Source: an uncultured Chloroflexia bacterium (GTDB taxonomy: Bacteria > Chloroflexota > Limnocylindria > Limnocylindrales > CSP1-4). Taken from it: a DNA stretch of 64,000 nt. Below the pieces are notes generated by a model. The model worked only from the letters and a program-made list of their open reading frames with translations, had not been told where the DNA came from and did not search any database. This document shows, piece after piece, positions 1 to 12,566 of this stretch. The DNA lies in contig CAVVNQ010000003.1 of the NCBI GenBank assembly GCA_963749705.1, forward strand, positions 32,001 to 96,000. The letters run 5' to 3'. Made by a program: the position numbers and the translations under genes. Positions within the stretch are counted from its first letter, which is position 1. Each line of letters begins with the position of its first letter.

Positions 1-98
1 GCGCGCACTCGCTCACGCACGCTGAGGTGCGCTCGCTCACGTGCTCGCGGACGCCTTGCCTCGGCGCGACATGACGGCGGGTCACAGATTCCATCCCG

Positions 99-1631
<1,533 letters not shown>

Positions 1632-1699
1632 CGCGTCTCCGTTCGGGCGTTCGCTGGCTCCCGTTCTCGCCGGCACAAGGCCGGCGGCGCGGGCGGGGG

Positions 1700-2251
1700 C
1701 TAGCGGAGGCGACCCCCCGCATGTAGCTGGTCACGCAACCGCTCGAGGCGGCCGCGAATGGATGCGTCGAGGAGCTGGTCCCGGACCTGGATCGTGATCC
1801 CGCCGATGAGCGATGGATCGACCTCGGTCCGGAGGTCCACGGCCGAGCCGGCCATCGCCTCGACCCGGTCCCGGATCGCGGCGGTCTCGTCGGCGGTGAG
1901 CGGCACGGCGCTGGTGGCGGTCGCCATGACGACCCCACGGTGGGCGTTGAGCAGCCGGACGAACTCCTCCGAGACCCGGGCGAGGACGCTGACGCGTCCC
2001 CGGGCGATGAGGAGCCCGACCAGCCGCAGCGCCTCGGGCTGGATCCGCGTGCCGAGCAGGCCCGACACGAGGTCCTGGCGCTGCGCCAGCGGGACCGCGG
2101 GGCTGTGGACGATCGGGGCGACCTCGGGCCGGCCGAGGATGTCCGTCGCCAGGGCGAGGTCATCCCGCCAGCGGTCGAGCCGGTCATCCCGGAGAGCCAC
2201 CTCGAAGGCGGCCTCCGCGTAGCGGCGGGCAGCGGTGTGGGACAGGGCCAT
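1700..2251 (-). CDS. atpH: ATP synthase subunit delta
   Basis: ARRYAEA N-terminus, VDPSLIGG...DASI C-terminus, position in the atp operon. Confidence 0.96.
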   Translation of the reverse strand: MALSHTAARRYAEAAFEVALRDDRLDRWRDDLALATDILGRPEVAPIVHSPAVPLAQRQDLVSGLLGTRIQPEALRLVGLLIARGRVSVLARVSEEFVRLLNAHRGVVMATATSAVPLTADETAAIRDRVEAMAGSAVDLRTEVDPSLIGGITIQVRDQLLDASIRGRLERLRDQLHAGGRLR

Positions 2252-2826
2252 CAGGCGCTGGACCCGCCCGTGTTGGCCAATTCGGCCAGGAACTCGGACA
2301 CCAGCTTGCGCTGGCGCTCCGCCGTCATCGACTCTCCGACCACCCGGCCCGCGGCCGCGAGGGCGAGATCGGCAACCTCCGAGCGCAGCTCGGCGATGGC
2401 GCGTTCCTTCTGGGCCTCGAAGTCCGCGGCAGCTCGCTCGCGCATGCGGCCGAGCTCCTCGCGGGTTGCGGCAAGATCCTGCTCACGGGTCTCGGATGCG
2501 ACCTTCTGGGCTCGAGTGAGGATGTCGTTGGCTTCGCGCCGGGCCTCCTGGAGGGCCGTCAGCCGCTCCTGCTCACCCGACTCGCGATCGCGCCGCGCCT
2601 GCTCCGCATCCGCAAGGCCCTGCTCGATCCGGGTTCTCCGGTCCGCGAGCATGCGCGAGATCGGCCCGAACGCGAACAGCTGGAGGATCACGTACAGCAG
2701 GGCGAAGTTGAGCAGCGCGACGATGAGCCAGAACCCGTTGATCACGAGGCCTGACCCGCCGCCTTCCGCGTTGGGGGCGCCGGCAGCCGCGGACACGATG
2801 CCCGCAGCGACCGCGAAGAGATGCAT
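2251..2826 (-). CDS. atpF: ATP synthase F0 subunit b
   Basis: Single TM (NF..L..IL..FAFGPI) followed by a charged coiled coil; operon position. Confidence 0.94.
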   Translation of the reverse strand: MHLFAVAAGIVSAAAGAPNAEGGGSGLVINGFWLIVALLNFALLYVILQLFAFGPISRMLADRRTRIEQGLADAEQARRDRESGEQERLTALQEARREANDILTRAQKVASETREQDLAATREELGRMRERAAADFEAQKERAIAELRSEVADLALAAAGRVVGESMTAERQRKLVSEFLAELANTGGSSA

Positions 2827-2844
2827 GACGTCGGCTCGACGCTG

Positions 2845-3057
2845 CTACTTGAGGAAGATGATCAGGACGCCCACGACGAACGCCAGGACGCCGAGCCCCT
2901 CGGCGAACGCGGCGCCGATGATGAACGTCGCGCGGATCGTGGCCGCGGCGTCCGGGTTGCGGCCCATCGCGCTGGTGGACATGCCGGTCAGGATCCCGAT
3001 ACCGATGCCGGGTCCGATCACGCCCATGGCGGCAAGGCCGGCGCCAATCAGTTCCAT
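2845..3057 (-). CDS. atpE: ATP synthase F0 subunit c (H+-type)
   Basis: 70 aa starting MELIGAGLA, GxGxG repeat, RNP loop, conserved Glu in FAEG; GGAGG RBS. Confidence 0.96.
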   Translation of the reverse strand: MELIGAGLAAMGVIGPGIGIGILTGMSTSAMGRNPDAAATIRATFIIGAAFAEGLGVLAFVVGVLIIFLK

Positions 3058-3127
3058 CGAGTCTCTACCTCCACTGGCGACCACTGTGCGCGGTCGCAAC
3101 CTCCGACGAATATGAGCCTGATCCGCC

Positions 3128-4150
3128 TCAATGCGATGCGACGGATGACAGGGGTGGGCCACCGCCGACCTGCGGCTCGGTCGCCATCGCCGGGGCGGCA
3201 TGCGCCTCCTCGTCGTGGCTCTCGACCGCGAGCAGCGTGAACATCAATGTCAGGACGCTGAAGATTAGCGCCTGTACGAAGCCGATGAACCCCTCCAGCG
3301 CCACGAACGGCAACGGCAGCACCCCCAGCAGCAGGGCCGTGAACACGCCCAGCATGACGCCGCCGCCGTACAGGTTGCCGAACAACCGGAAGGCCAGGGT
3401 GACCGGCTTGAAGAACTCGAGCAGGAACTCGGTCAGCCCCACGAACAGGTCGATGAACCCGTCGACGACGCTCCTGCGGAAACCGCGGAAGTTGAAGAAC
3501 TTGCCCAGGTAGCGGCGCAGCCCGAGCCGGCGGACGCCCTCGAAGTGGAACAGCAGGAAGCTGAACAGCGCGAGGCCGATCGTGATGTTGATGTCGCTGG
3601 TGGGCGTGCGCAGGAAGTTGATCTTGTCGCCGAAGATCAGCAGGTCGGTCCAGTTCGCGAGCGCGATGAACATGAACAGCGTGATGAAGATGCCCACGTA
3701 CGGGCGCGCGGGCGGACCGCCCAACGCCATGGCGAAGCCCTCGAGGGACTCGTAGACGTACTCGATCGCGTTCTGGACCCGCCGTGGCAGGTGGTCGAGG
3801 CTCTGGGCGACGCCCACGAACACGACGATCATCAGGACCATCACGATCCAGGACACGACGATGCTGGAGGTGATGCTGGGATGGAAGTCCACGACCAGCG
3901 CCCCCGTGGGCTCGGTCTCGCGCGGCGCCAGGTCCCAGACCACGGTCGGCGGGATCAGCTCGAGATTGCCCTTGATGCTCTCCTTGGGGCCCGGGAAGCC
4001 CGGGGGCGCGAGCGCGATGCCGGCCACGATGTCGAGGACGACGATGGCGACGATCGCGATCAGCAGCTTGCGGCCGCGGGTCAGCCCTCCCGCGCGCGGC
4101 TGCGCGCCGCCACCGGAGGTCTCCGCTGCGGAAACGTTGTCGGCGGTCAC
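3128..4150 (-). CDS. atpB: ATP synthase F0 subunit a
   Basis: PTSDIN, KPVTLAFRLFGN (essential Arg) and QALIF motifs. GTG start is approximate. Confidence 0.95.
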   Translation of the reverse strand: MTADNVSAAETSGGGAQPRAGGLTRGRKLLIAIVAIVVLDIVAGIALAPPGFPGPKESIKGNLELIPPTVVWDLAPRETEPTGALVVDFHPSITSSIVVSWIVMVLMIVVFVGVAQSLDHLPRRVQNAIEYVYESLEGFAMALGGPPARPYVGIFITLFMFIALANWTDLLIFGDKINFLRTPTSDINITIGLALFSFLLFHFEGVRRLGLRRYLGKFFNFRGFRRSVVDGFIDLFVGLTEFLLEFFKPVTLAFRLFGNLYGGGVMLGVFTALLLGVLPLPFVALEGFIGFVQALIFSVLTLMFTLLAVESHDEEAHAAPAMATEPQVGGGPPLSSVASH

Positions 4151-4208
4151 AGGTGCCCCATCGGTCCCGTCCCGCCGCCCACGCGTCGCGGGCGGTTGGT
4201 GTTCATCG

Positions 4209-4424
4209 TCAGTCGAACCTCGCAAGAAACCGGCTGATCAACTTGGCCACCGCGAGACCACCGAGCCCGAACCCGGCCAGAGCCCCGCCTACGGCGAATA
4301 CGGGCAACGTGCCCAGCTGCTGGTCGATCCACCAACCCGCCAGGACGCCCGCAAGGGTCCCTACGAAGAAGGTGATGCCGATCTCGGAAAAGAGAGCTGC
4401 GTAGGCTCCGAAATCGCTGTTCAT
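4209..4424 (-). CDS. AtpZ/AtpI family protein
   Basis: 71 aa with two TM helices and GWWID..LGT.P; first gene of the atp operon. Confidence 0.85.
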   Translation of the reverse strand: MNSDFGAYAALFSEIGITFFVGTLAGVLAGWWIDQQLGTLPVFAVGGALAGFGLGGLAVAKLISRFLARFD

Positions 4425-4449
4425 GGGCGACCGACCACCGTGGGGGGGA

Positions 4450-5622
4450 CTATACCAGAGGCCCCCGGGGGTCAGAACCGTCCGTTTCGGTTACGGATGT
4501 TGGGACCGGTCCGGAGGGCGTCCCCGGCTCCTCGTATGCCCTGGCCTCGAGGGCGTCGGCGGCCTCGGCCCGCGTGAGCAGGAACAGGGCGAGCCCGAAG
4601 GCCACGCCCAGGCCGAGGAACGCATACACCTGGCCGGTCCCGGACAGCACGAACGAGAGCACCGCGAGCGCGAGGCACAGGACGTAGATCACCACCACCG
4701 TCTGCCCGTGGCTGAGCCCGAGGTCCAGCAGCCGGTGGTGGATGTGGCCGCGGTCCGGTGTGAACGGCGAGTGGCCGGTCGCCAGCCGGCGGACGATGAT
4801 CCAGAAGGTGTCGATGATCGGGACACCCAGCACCAGCAGGGCGACGGCCACCTTCGCCGTGCCGATGATCGACAGCAGCGCCAGCGTGTAGCCCACGAAC
4901 ATCACGCCGCTGGTGCCGATGAAGATCGACGCGGGGTGGAAGTTCCAGCGCAGGAAGCCCAGCAGCGAGCCCGCGAGGGCGAAGCACAGGATCCCGACGA
5001 ACGGCTGGTTCTGGGCCGTCGTGACCGAGATCAGCCCGAGCGTGGCCGTGGCGATCAGCGCGATCCCGGACGACAGGCCGTCGAGCCCGTCGATGAAGTT
5101 GATGCTGTTGATCATCCCGATCACCCACAGCATCGTGAACCCGATCGCGAACGGCCCGTCGAGCAGGATGAAGCCCGGCCCGAACGGGTTGTTGAGAAAC
5201 GTGACCGAGATGCCGAGCGCGACCGCGATCAGGCCGAGCACCACCTGCCCGCCCAGCTGCCAGCGGGCCCGCAGCTGGAGCGCATCGTCGAGCGCCCCCA
5301 GCGCAACCGCCACCGCCCCACCGAGCAGCAGCGCGGTCAGCTCCCCGGCGTCCAGGGACCGGGGCACGGGGACGACGTCCAGGCGGGCGTTGATCGCGAT
5401 GACCCCGACCGCGACCGACAGGAACGCGACCGCGACCGCGATGCCGCCGCCGCGGGGCACGGGCAGCTCGTTCACCCGGCGATGGTTCGGCTCGTCGATG
5501 GTGCCCAGCCGCATCGACGCCCGTCGCACCAGTGGCGTCAGGAGCAGCGACAGGACCGCCGCCACGACGAACGCCGAGACGAGGATCGGCAGGATCTCGT
5601 CGAACGTCGAGATCAGGTGCAT
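4450..5622 (-). CDS. MraY-family polyprenyl-phosphate GlcNAc-1-phosphate transferase (WecA/TagO-like)
   Basis: PRGGG, GALDD, NFIDGLDGL, NFHPASIF and DRGHIHHRL motifs; multi-TM. Confidence 0.9.
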   Translation of the reverse strand: MHLISTFDEILPILVSAFVVAAVLSLLLTPLVRRASMRLGTIDEPNHRRVNELPVPRGGGIAVAVAFLSVAVGVIAINARLDVVPVPRSLDAGELTALLLGGAVAVALGALDDALQLRARWQLGGQVVLGLIAVALGISVTFLNNPFGPGFILLDGPFAIGFTMLWVIGMINSINFIDGLDGLSSGIALIATATLGLISVTTAQNQPFVGILCFALAGSLLGFLRWNFHPASIFIGTSGVMFVGYTLALLSIIGTAKVAVALLVLGVPIIDTFWIIVRRLATGHSPFTPDRGHIHHRLLDLGLSHGQTVVVIYVLCLALAVLSFVLSGTGQVYAFLGLGVAFGLALFLLTRAEAADALEARAYEEPGTPSGPVPTSVTETDGSDPRGPLV

Positions 5623-5632
5623 CGCGCGCCGG

Positions 5633-6970
5633 TCACGCCCGGTCGCGGGGGAGGCCTGGGACCGGGAAGCGCGCGACCAGCGCGCGGACATCCGCGCGGA
5701 TCCGGTCGCCCACGACGGTGTCGTCGCGGCCGCGAATCGCCTCGACCACCCAGCGGCCGATCGCCCGCATCTCATCGGGACCCATGCCCCGGGTCGTGGT
5801 GGCCGGCGTGCCGATGCGGATCCCCGACGCGATGTTGGGCGGGTTCGCGTCGAACGGGATCGCGTTCTTGTTGACCGTGATCCCGACCTCGTCGAGGAGC
5901 GCCTCGGCCTCACGGCCGGTGACCCCCAGCGGCGTCACGTCCACGAGCGCAAGGTGGTTGTCGGTGCCGCCGCTGACCAGCCGGGCGCCGGCCTCGGCGA
6001 CCGTCTCGGCGAGCACCCGGGCGTTCTCGATCGTCCGCGCCTGGTCGCGCCGGAAGTCATCGCTCGCGGCAAGCTTGAGGGCGACCGCCTTGGCGGCGAT
6101 GACGTGCATCAGCGGTCCGCCCTGGACGCCCGGGAACACCGACTTGTCGATCGCCTGGGCGAGGGTGTTCTTCTTGAGCGCCGGGAAGTCCGCCCGGTCG
6201 ATGCCGTCGGGGAGGTCGGCACGGCTGAACACGAGCCCACCGCGCGGCCCACGGAGCGTCTTGTGGGTGGTGGTGGTCACCAGGTCCGCGTGGGGGAACG
6301 GGCTGGGGTGGAGCCCCGCGGCGACCAGGCCGGCGAAGTGCGCCATGTCCACGAACAGCAGGGCGCCGACGCCGTGCGCGATCCGGGCCAGCCGCTCGAA
6401 GTCCCAGGTGCGCGGGTATGCGGACGCGCCGGCGACCAGCACCCGGGGCCGCACCTCGGCGGCCTGCCGCTCGAGGGCGTCGTAGTCGATCCGCTCGTCC
6501 TCGGGGGTCACCCCGTAGGCGTGGACCTCGTACAGGCGGCCCGAGAAGTTCACCGGCGACCCGTGCGTCAGGTGGCCCCCGTGGGCAAGGCTCATGCCCA
6601 GGATGCGATCGCCCGGCCGGAGCACGGCGAAGTAGGCCGCCATGTTCGCCTGGGCGCCGGCGTGTGGCTGGACGTTGACGTGATCGGCTCCCGGGAACAG
6701 CGCCAGGGCCCGCGCGCGTGCCAGCTCCTCCGCGACGTCGACGAACTCGCAACCGCCGTAGTAGCGCCGGCCCGGCAGGCCCTCCGCGTACTTGTTGGTG
6801 AGCCACGAGCCCTGCGCCTCGAGCACCGCGGCGTAGACGTAGTTCTCGCTCGCGATGAGCTCGATCTTGTCGGCCTGGCGGTGGCGCTCGCCCTCCATCG
6901 CCGCCCAGAGCTCGGGATCCACCTCGGCGATGGGGGCCCAGGCGGACGGCGGGACGGCGGCAGCGGACAC
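5633..6970 (-). CDS. glyA: Serine hydroxymethyltransferase
   Basis: [35 protein letters not shown] (PLP lysine). Confidence 0.98.
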   Translation of the reverse strand: MSAAAVPPSAWAPIAEVDPELWAAMEGERHRQADKIELIASENYVYAAVLEAQGSWLTNKYAEGLPGRRYYGGCEFVDVAEELARARALALFPGADHVNVQPHAGAQANMAAYFAVLRPGDRILGMSLAHGGHLTHGSPVNFSGRLYEVHAYGVTPEDERIDYDALERQAAEVRPRVLVAGASAYPRTWDFERLARIAHGVGALLFVDMAHFAGLVAAGLHPSPFPHADLVTTTTHKTLRGPRGGLVFSRADLPDGIDRADFPALKKNTLAQAIDKSVFPGVQGGPLMHVIAAKAVALKLAASDDFRRDQARTIENARVLAETVAEAGARLVSGGTDNHLALVDVTPLGVTGREAEALLDEVGITVNKNAIPFDANPPNIASGIRIGTPATTTRGMGPDEMRAIGRWVVEAIRGRDDTVVGDRIRADVRALVARFPVPGLPRDRA

Positions 6971-7014
6971 GAGCGGACCTCCAGGCGGTCGAGCGAGGGC
7001 GGGCGGGACGCTGC

Positions 7015-7704
7015 CTATCTTCCCACGTCCCTTGTCGCCGACGAGTCGATCCGATGGTCGATGCCCGCGGCATCGAGCGCCGCGGCGATGATCGAGGGCG
7101 CGATCGCCCCGGCCCGGCGCACGACCGGGGTGGCGCCCGAGCAGTCGACCACGGTCGAGGCCGGGCCGCCGCGGGCGGGTCCGCCATCGAGGACGAGCGC
7201 GATCGCCCCGCCGAGCCCGGCCGCGATCTCGCCGGCGTCACGCGCCTCGGGCTCGCCCGACAGGTTGGCCGACGTGGTGGGCAGCGGCCCCAGCGCCGCG
7301 GCGAGCGCGCGAGGGGCCGCGTGGTCGGGAACGCGGACGCCCACCGTCTCGCTGCCGGCCACCAGGATCGGCGGCAGCGTCGCCCCGGCACGCCGACGCA
7401 GGACGAGGGTGAGCCCGCCGGGCCAGAAGCGCTCCGCCAGCAGGCGCGCCGCCGGGTCCAGGACGCCCAGCACGCCGGCCTGATCGGCATCCGCGAGGAG
7501 CAGCGCCACGGCCTTCTCGGGTGGCCGCCGCTTGGCGGCGAACAGGTGCTCGATCGCGTCCGGGAGGGCGAGGTCCGCGGCGATCCCGTAGACCGTGTCG
7601 GTGGGGATGGCGACGATCTCGCCGGCGCGGAGCAGCGCCACGGCCTCGGCACGGGCCGCGGTCCCGTCGGGCAGGATCCTCGGCCGGCGATCGGCGGCGG
7701 TCAC
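7015..7704 (-). CDS. tsaC: L-threonylcarbamoyladenylate synthase (Sua5/YrdC)
   Basis: [26 protein letters not shown] and STVVD motifs. GTG start overlaps the upstream stop. Confidence 0.93.
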   Translation of the reverse strand: MTAADRRPRILPDGTAARAEAVALLRAGEIVAIPTDTVYGIAADLALPDAIEHLFAAKRRPPEKAVALLLADADQAGVLGVLDPAARLLAERFWPGGLTLVLRRRAGATLPPILVAGSETVGVRVPDHAAPRALAAALGPLPTTSANLSGEPEARDAGEIAAGLGGAIALVLDGGPARGGPASTVVDCSGATPVVRRAGAIAPSIIAAALDAAGIDHRIDSSATRDVGR

Positions 7705-8732
7705 GCGTGGACCACGGTCGGGTGCGGTCGCCCGTGCGCCGCGCGGGCAGCCTCGGCCAGGCGGGCCGCGTTGCGCCGCGCCTCCGCGGGTGCCGCCAGG
7801 ACCAGGGCCTCGATCAGGGCCGCCGCGCCGTCCTCCTCGACCGAACCCGTGACGTAGCGCGCGGCGCGCCGGACGGCCTCCGGTGCCGAGGCCATGGCCG
7901 CGCCGTGGCCCGCATCCGCGATCATCTCCAGGTCGTTGAGCGCATCGCCGATCGTCATCACCTGGGCGTGGGGAATGCCCGCCCGGTGGGCGAGCCAGGC
8001 GACGGCGCCGCCCTTGGACACGCCGGGCGCGACGAACTCGAGGAACCGCGGGTGGGACACGGTCGCGTCGGCGCGCCCCGCGAAATCCCGGCGCGCCTCC
8101 TCGATCAGCTCCATCGGCCGCGGCGGCGGGCCAACCGAGATGACCTTGGACATCGGATGGGTGATGGCGGCCCCGAGGTCGTCGACGACGCTCGCGCCGG
8201 GGCCGAGGTAGCCCGAGTAGTCGTCGAAGCTGGGGTCGCCGGACCAGGCGACGATCCGCTCGAGGTTGTTCACGTGCGGCTCCAGGCCGTGCGCCCGGCA
8301 CCACGCGATCGCCTCGCGCACGACCGCGGCCGGCATCGGCTCGTGGTGGAGCAGCCGGCCGACCCGTGCGCGCCACGCGTGCTCGTCCACGACGGCCCGC
8401 TGGCGCCGGGTGGGCATCGCCCGGATGACCGCGCCCTGGTGCGCCACGATCGGCTCGACGATCCCCAGCTGGTTCGCGTACACGGCCGCCGAGCTGGCCA
8501 TGCGACCGGTCGCCAGCGACACCCGGACGCCCCGCCGCACCGCTTCGGCGATCGCGATCCGGGTGCGCTCGGAGATCCGGAAGTCCGGGCCGACGAGGGT
8601 GCCGTCGATGTCCAGCGCGATCAGCCGGATCGGGAGCTCGGGCTCCGGGCGGACCGGCGGCCGGAGCCCGTTCATGCCGGTCGCGCCAGCCGGACGGGGC
8701 CGGTTGATGCCGGCGGGACGGGGCCGGTTCAT
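7701..8732 (-). CDS. Cof-type HAD-IIB hydrolase
   Basis: DIDGTL, ATGR, SKG and GDALND motifs. Start is either 8732 (ATGA overlap with prmC) or 8675. Confidence 0.9.
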   Translation of the reverse strand: MNRPRPAGINRPRPAGATGMNGLRPPVRPEPELPIRLIALDIDGTLVGPDFRISERTRIAIAEAVRRGVRVSLATGRMASSAAVYANQLGIVEPIVAHQGAVIRAMPTRRQRAVVDEHAWRARVGRLLHHEPMPAAVVREAIAWCRAHGLEPHVNNLERIVAWSGDPSFDDYSGYLGPGASVVDDLGAAITHPMSKVISVGPPPRPMELIEEARRDFAGRADATVSHPRFLEFVAPGVSKGGAVAWLAHRAGIPHAQVMTIGDALNDLEMIADAGHGAAMASAPEAVRRAARYVTGSVEEDGAAALIEALVLAAPAEARRNAARLAEAARAAHGRPHPTVVHA

Positions 8733-8752
8733 GCCGGTCGCGCCAGCCGGAC
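8670..8752. repeat. Local duplication of the prmC stop/HAD start junction (26 bp x2, period 57)
   Basis: GTTCATGCCGGTCGCGCCAGCCGGAC at 8670-8695 and 8727-8752; GGACGGGGCCGGTT is also doubled. Confidence 0.85.
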
Positions 8753-9640
8753 CAGCCGGGGCCGGCCGGCCAGGTCCGGCGTCACCGTGGCCGGCCAGCC
8801 GCCAAGCCGCGCCGAGGCTTCGACAAGGATCGAATCGCCCTGGTCCGCGCCGATCTCGACCAGCGCGACCCCGTCGGGCGCGAGCACCGTCGGCAGCTGG
8901 TCCAGCAGGCGGCGGATGACGTCGAGACCGTCCGGACCGCCGTCGAGCGCGGCGCGTGGCTCGAACGCGAGCTCCGGCCCGAGCCGGTCGATGTCCGCCG
9001 AGGGGACGTACGGGAGGTTCGCGCACACGAGCGCGTACGGCGGATCGACGTTGGCGGGCAGCAGGTCCGCGGACACGAACACCATCCGGTCCGCGACGGC
9101 GTGCCCCACGGCGTTCTCGCGGGCAAGGTCGAGCGCCCCGTCCGAGGCGTCGATCGCGATGACCAGGACCTGGTCGGCCATCCGGCGCCGCCGGAGCGCG
9201 GCCAGGATGGCGATCGCGATGGCCCCGCTGCCCGTGCCCACGTCGGCCACGCGGAGCGCGGCCGCGCCCGGCGGACGGGGGCTCGCGGTCAGCCGCGCCA
9301 CCACCTCGGCGAGGGCCGCGTCGACGAGCAGCTCCGTCTCAGGACGCGGGATGAGCGCGCGGGCGTCGGTGGCGAGGGCGAGGCCGTGGAACTCGCGCAT
9401 GCCGCGGATGTAGGCGACGGGCTCGCCGGCCTCGCGCCGCCGGATCGTCGACTCGAACGCCGCCGCGGCCGCGTCACCGACCGGCGCCTGCGAGTGCGTG
9501 ATCAGCGACGTGCGGTCGATCCCCAGGGCGTGCCCCAGCAGCAGCTCGGCATCGAGCCTGGGCGACGGCGAGCCCGACGCCGTCAGCCGCGCGGCGGCGA
9601 GGCGGACGAGCTCCGAGACCGTCGGGGCGGGACCGGGCAT
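8729..9640 (-). CDS. prmC: Release factor glutamine methyltransferase
   Basis: LIPRPETE, DVGTGSG, NLPY, FEP..ALDGG.DG motifs; follows prfA. Confidence 0.96.
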   Translation of the reverse strand: MPGPAPTVSELVRLAAARLTASGSPSPRLDAELLLGHALGIDRTSLITHSQAPVGDAAAAAFESTIRRREAGEPVAYIRGMREFHGLALATDARALIPRPETELLVDAALAEVVARLTASPRPPGAAALRVADVGTGSGAIAIAILAALRRRRMADQVLVIAIDASDGALDLARENAVGHAVADRMVFVSADLLPANVDPPYALVCANLPYVPSADIDRLGPELAFEPRAALDGGPDGLDVIRRLLDQLPTVLAPDGVALVEIGADQGDSILVEASARLGGWPATVTPDLAGRPRLVRLARPA

Positions 9641-9710
9641 CGGTCAGGACGGATCGGCCGCGCCGGGGACGCGGCGGCCGGGCACGAGGAGCGAGCGACG
9701 GACCGGCTCG

Positions 9711-10814
9711 CTAGCCACCGTCGGTCTCCGTCAGGTGGCGGAGGCGGTCGGCCTGGTCCGCCATCACCAGCGCATCGATCAGCGGGTCGAGCTGGCCCTC
9801 GAGCACGCCGGGCACGTTGTGGATGGTCAGGCCGATCCGGTGGTCCGTGACCCGGTTGTCGGGGAAGTTGTACGTCCGGATCTTCTCGGACCGGTCACCC
9901 GCGCCGACCATCGTCCGCCGCTCTGCGCTCTCGCGCTCACGCTGCTTCGCAAGCTCCAGGTCGTACAGCCGCGAGCGCAGCACGGCGAGCGCCTTTGCCT
10001 TGTTCTTGTGCTGGCTCTTCTCGTCCTGGATCTCCACGACCAGCCCGGTCGGGAGGTGGGTGATCCGGACCGCGGAGTCGGTGGTGTTGACGGACTGGCC
10101 GCCCGGTCCGCTGGACCGCTTGACGTCGATCCGGAGATCCCGCTCCTCGTCGATGTCGACCTCGACCTCGTCGGCCTCGGGCATCACGATCACGGTCGCG
10201 GTGCTGGTGTGGATCCGGCCGCTCGATTCGGTGGACGGGACCCGCTGGACGCGATGCACGCCGCCCTCGAACTTGAGCCGGCTGTAGGCGCCGTCGCCGG
10301 CAACCTCGAGGAACGCCTCCTTGATGCCGCCGATGCCGGTCTCGTTGAGGCTCATCAGGTCGGCGTGGAAGCGATGCTCCAGGGCGTAGCGCGTGTACAT
10401 GCGCAGCAGCTCGGCCGCGAACAGGGCCGCCTCCTCGCCGCCCGCGCCGGCCCGGATCTCGACGATCACGTTGCGGTCGTCATTGGGATCGCGCGGGAGG
10501 AGCGAGACCTTGAGGTCCTCGACCAGGCCCGTCTCGCGCGCCTCGAGCGACGCGATCTCGTCACGGGCCATCGCCTTGAGGTCGTCGTCGAGCTCCGCGT
10601 CGCGCATCTCGCGCGCGCCGGCCAGCTGCGCCCGGACGTCGATCAGCTCGCGGTAGGCGGCGACCACCGGCTCCAGGCGCGCCAGCTCACGGCCCAGCGT
10701 CCGCAGCTGGGCAGGATCCGAGTGCACCTCCGGCGTGCCCAGCCGCGCGGTGACGTCGTCGTACTGGCGCGCCACGCCGGCGAGCTTGGTGTCGAGGCTG
10801 TCGATGTCGGACAT
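9711..10814 (-). CDS. prfA: Peptide chain release factor 1
   Basis: GGQ motif, PST (PxT) stop-codon recognition motif, RTYNFP..RVTDHRI. Confidence 0.97.
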   Translation of the reverse strand: MSDIDSLDTKLAGVARQYDDVTARLGTPEVHSDPAQLRTLGRELARLEPVVAAYRELIDVRAQLAGAREMRDAELDDDLKAMARDEIASLEARETGLVEDLKVSLLPRDPNDDRNVIVEIRAGAGGEEAALFAAELLRMYTRYALEHRFHADLMSLNETGIGGIKEAFLEVAGDGAYSRLKFEGGVHRVQRVPSTESSGRIHTSTATVIVMPEADEVEVDIDEERDLRIDVKRSSGPGGQSVNTTDSAVRITHLPTGLVVEIQDEKSQHKNKAKALAVLRSRLYDLELAKQRERESAERRTMVGAGDRSEKIRTYNFPDNRVTDHRIGLTIHNVPGVLEGQLDPLIDALVMADQADRLRHLTETDGG

Positions 10815-10833
10815 GTCCGGCGGGCCGGTCCGC

Positions 10834-11844
10834 TCAGCCGGGCAGCGGCGGGTCGATCGAGACCGGCGCGACCGCCTCGCCCTCGGCCGCGGCCGCGGCC
10901 GCCCGAACCTCCGCGGCCGTCTCGCCGGGCAGCGGCATCGGGTACCGCTCGAGGTCGAGGCCGCCGGGCGGCACCGCCTCACCATCGGCGCGGAGCGCCT
11001 CCTCCATCGACACGACGGCAACCTCGATCATGTCATCGGTCGGCTGCTTGGTCGTGATCATCTGGACCAGGATCCCGGGCCACATGATCACGCGGACGAC
11101 CGGGTTGGCCCGATGGCGCGCCCCGAGGCGGAGCAGCTCGTAGCCGACGGCGGCGATCACCGGGATCAGCAGGATCCGGCTGCCCACCATGACCACGGGA
11201 TCCTGCCGGCCGACCAGGCTGAATGCGAGGATCGACAGCATGATCACGACCACCAGGAACTCGGTGCCGCATCGCGGATGGGCCGTCGGGTGCCGGCGGA
11301 TCGCGGACGGGACCAGCGGGTCGCCGTGCTCCAGGGCGTGGATCGTCATGTGCTCGGCGCCGTGGTACTGGAACACGCGCGCGATGTCGGGCGTGCGCGA
11401 GATCAGGACCAGGTAGCCCAGGAAGATCAGGACCCGCACCAGCCCCTCGACCAGGTGCTGGACGAGGCCGTTGTCGATGCTGCCGGCCGTGAACGTCGCG
11501 ATGACCAGGGGCAGGATGAAGAACAGCCCGATCCCGACGATGGCCGTGAACCCCAGCATCAGGGCGACCGCCCCGCGGCCGATCTCGACCCCCTCCTCCT
11601 CCGCCTGGAGACCGGCAGAGCGGATCAGCCAGCGGGTCCCCACGACGAGTGTCTCGTACAGGACGACGAGCCCGCGAACGAACGGCCAGCGCGAGACGCG
11701 GTTGCCATGGAACCCGGAGTCGAGGCGTTCGGTGGCGAACACGATCCGGCCGTCGGGGTGGCGAAGGGCGACCGCGATGGCGTCGCGGCCGCGCATCATG
11801 ACGCCTTCGATCAGCGCCTGACCGCCGTAGGTGAAGCGGGGCAT
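10834..11844 (-). CDS. DUF1385 membrane protein
   Basis: [20 protein letters not shown] and HPRCGT motifs; usual neighbour of prfA/prmC. Confidence 0.92.
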   Translation of the reverse strand: MPRFTYGGQALIEGVMMRGRDAIAVALRHPDGRIVFATERLDSGFHGNRVSRWPFVRGLVVLYETLVVGTRWLIRSAGLQAEEEGVEIGRGAVALMLGFTAIVGIGLFFILPLVIATFTAGSIDNGLVQHLVEGLVRVLIFLGYLVLISRTPDIARVFQYHGAEHMTIHALEHGDPLVPSAIRRHPTAHPRCGTEFLVVVIMLSILAFSLVGRQDPVVMVGSRILLIPVIAAVGYELLRLGARHRANPVVRVIMWPGILVQMITTKQPTDDMIEVAVVSMEEALRADGEAVPPGGLDLERYPMPLPGETAAEVRAAAAAAEGEAVAPVSIDPPLPG

Positions 11845-11943
11845 GGGGTGAGTCTACCGGGTGACCCTGCCGCGGCCGCCTGCGAGTCCGGGGTCACCCA
11901 CCGCCGAGCGCACCGGTTGCCGTTCCGACGCATACTCGGGGCG

Positions 11944-12393
11944 ATGCGTCTCGAGCTGACGAAGCGTGGCGACTACGCCGTCCGGGCCATGCTCGCGCTG
12001 GCCAGGGGGTCTCGCAACGGCCTGCTCTCCGCCCGCCGGATTGCGGACGCGATGTCGATCCCGGTCCGGTTCCTGCCCCAGGTCCTCTCGGATCTCCAGC
12101 GCGCGGGCCTGGTCGAGGCAGCGCCCGGACGATCCGGGGGGTATCGCCTCGCCCGCGATGCCGATCGGATCAGCCTCCTCGACGTGATCGAGGCGGTGGA
12201 GGGCGACACGCGCCGCCGGGACTGCGTGCTGCGCGGCGGGCCGTGCGGGGTCGATGGAACGTGCGACGTCCACGCGGTGTTCTTTGCCGGGCAGGAGGCG
12301 CTGCGCGGCACGTTCGCGGCCTCCACGCTTGCCGAGCTCGCGGCGCCCGCGACGGCGACGGCGGCGGCATTGGAGTCGGGCAGCCCGGGCTGA
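11944..12393 (+). CDS. Rrf2 family transcriptional regulator (Fe-S type)
   Basis: wHTH with G..GGY.LAR; C-x6-C-x5-C-x2-H cluster ligands. Confidence 0.93.
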   Translation: MRLELTKRGDYAVRAMLALARGSRNGLLSARRIADAMSIPVRFLPQVLSDLQRAGLVEAAPGRSGGYRLARDADRISLLDVIEAVEGDTRRRDCVLRGGPCGVDGTCDVHAVFFAGQEALRGTFAASTLAELAAPATATAAALESGSPG

Positions 12394-12566
12394 CCCCGGC
12401 GCACCGGGCGTGGTCGCCTCGGTCCGACCTGGGTGCCTGGCAGATTACGGGCCGTCATGACGCCGCAGGCTTGCGACCACAGACTCTGGTCACGTCTCGG
12501 AGTCCGCAGGGACAGGAAGGTCGAGCCCCGCTCGAGCTCCGGAGCCGGCGACGCCAGGAGACAGTC

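Noticed and set aside
1-98. Expected start of atpG after atpA
   Set aside because: No AtpG N-terminus is recognisable within the window; only short CTCGCTCACG repeats are present.
2845-3057. Possible Na+-coupled ATP synthase
   Set aside because: The c subunit has AEG rather than the E-S/T plus Gln Na+ signature, consistent with H+ coupling.
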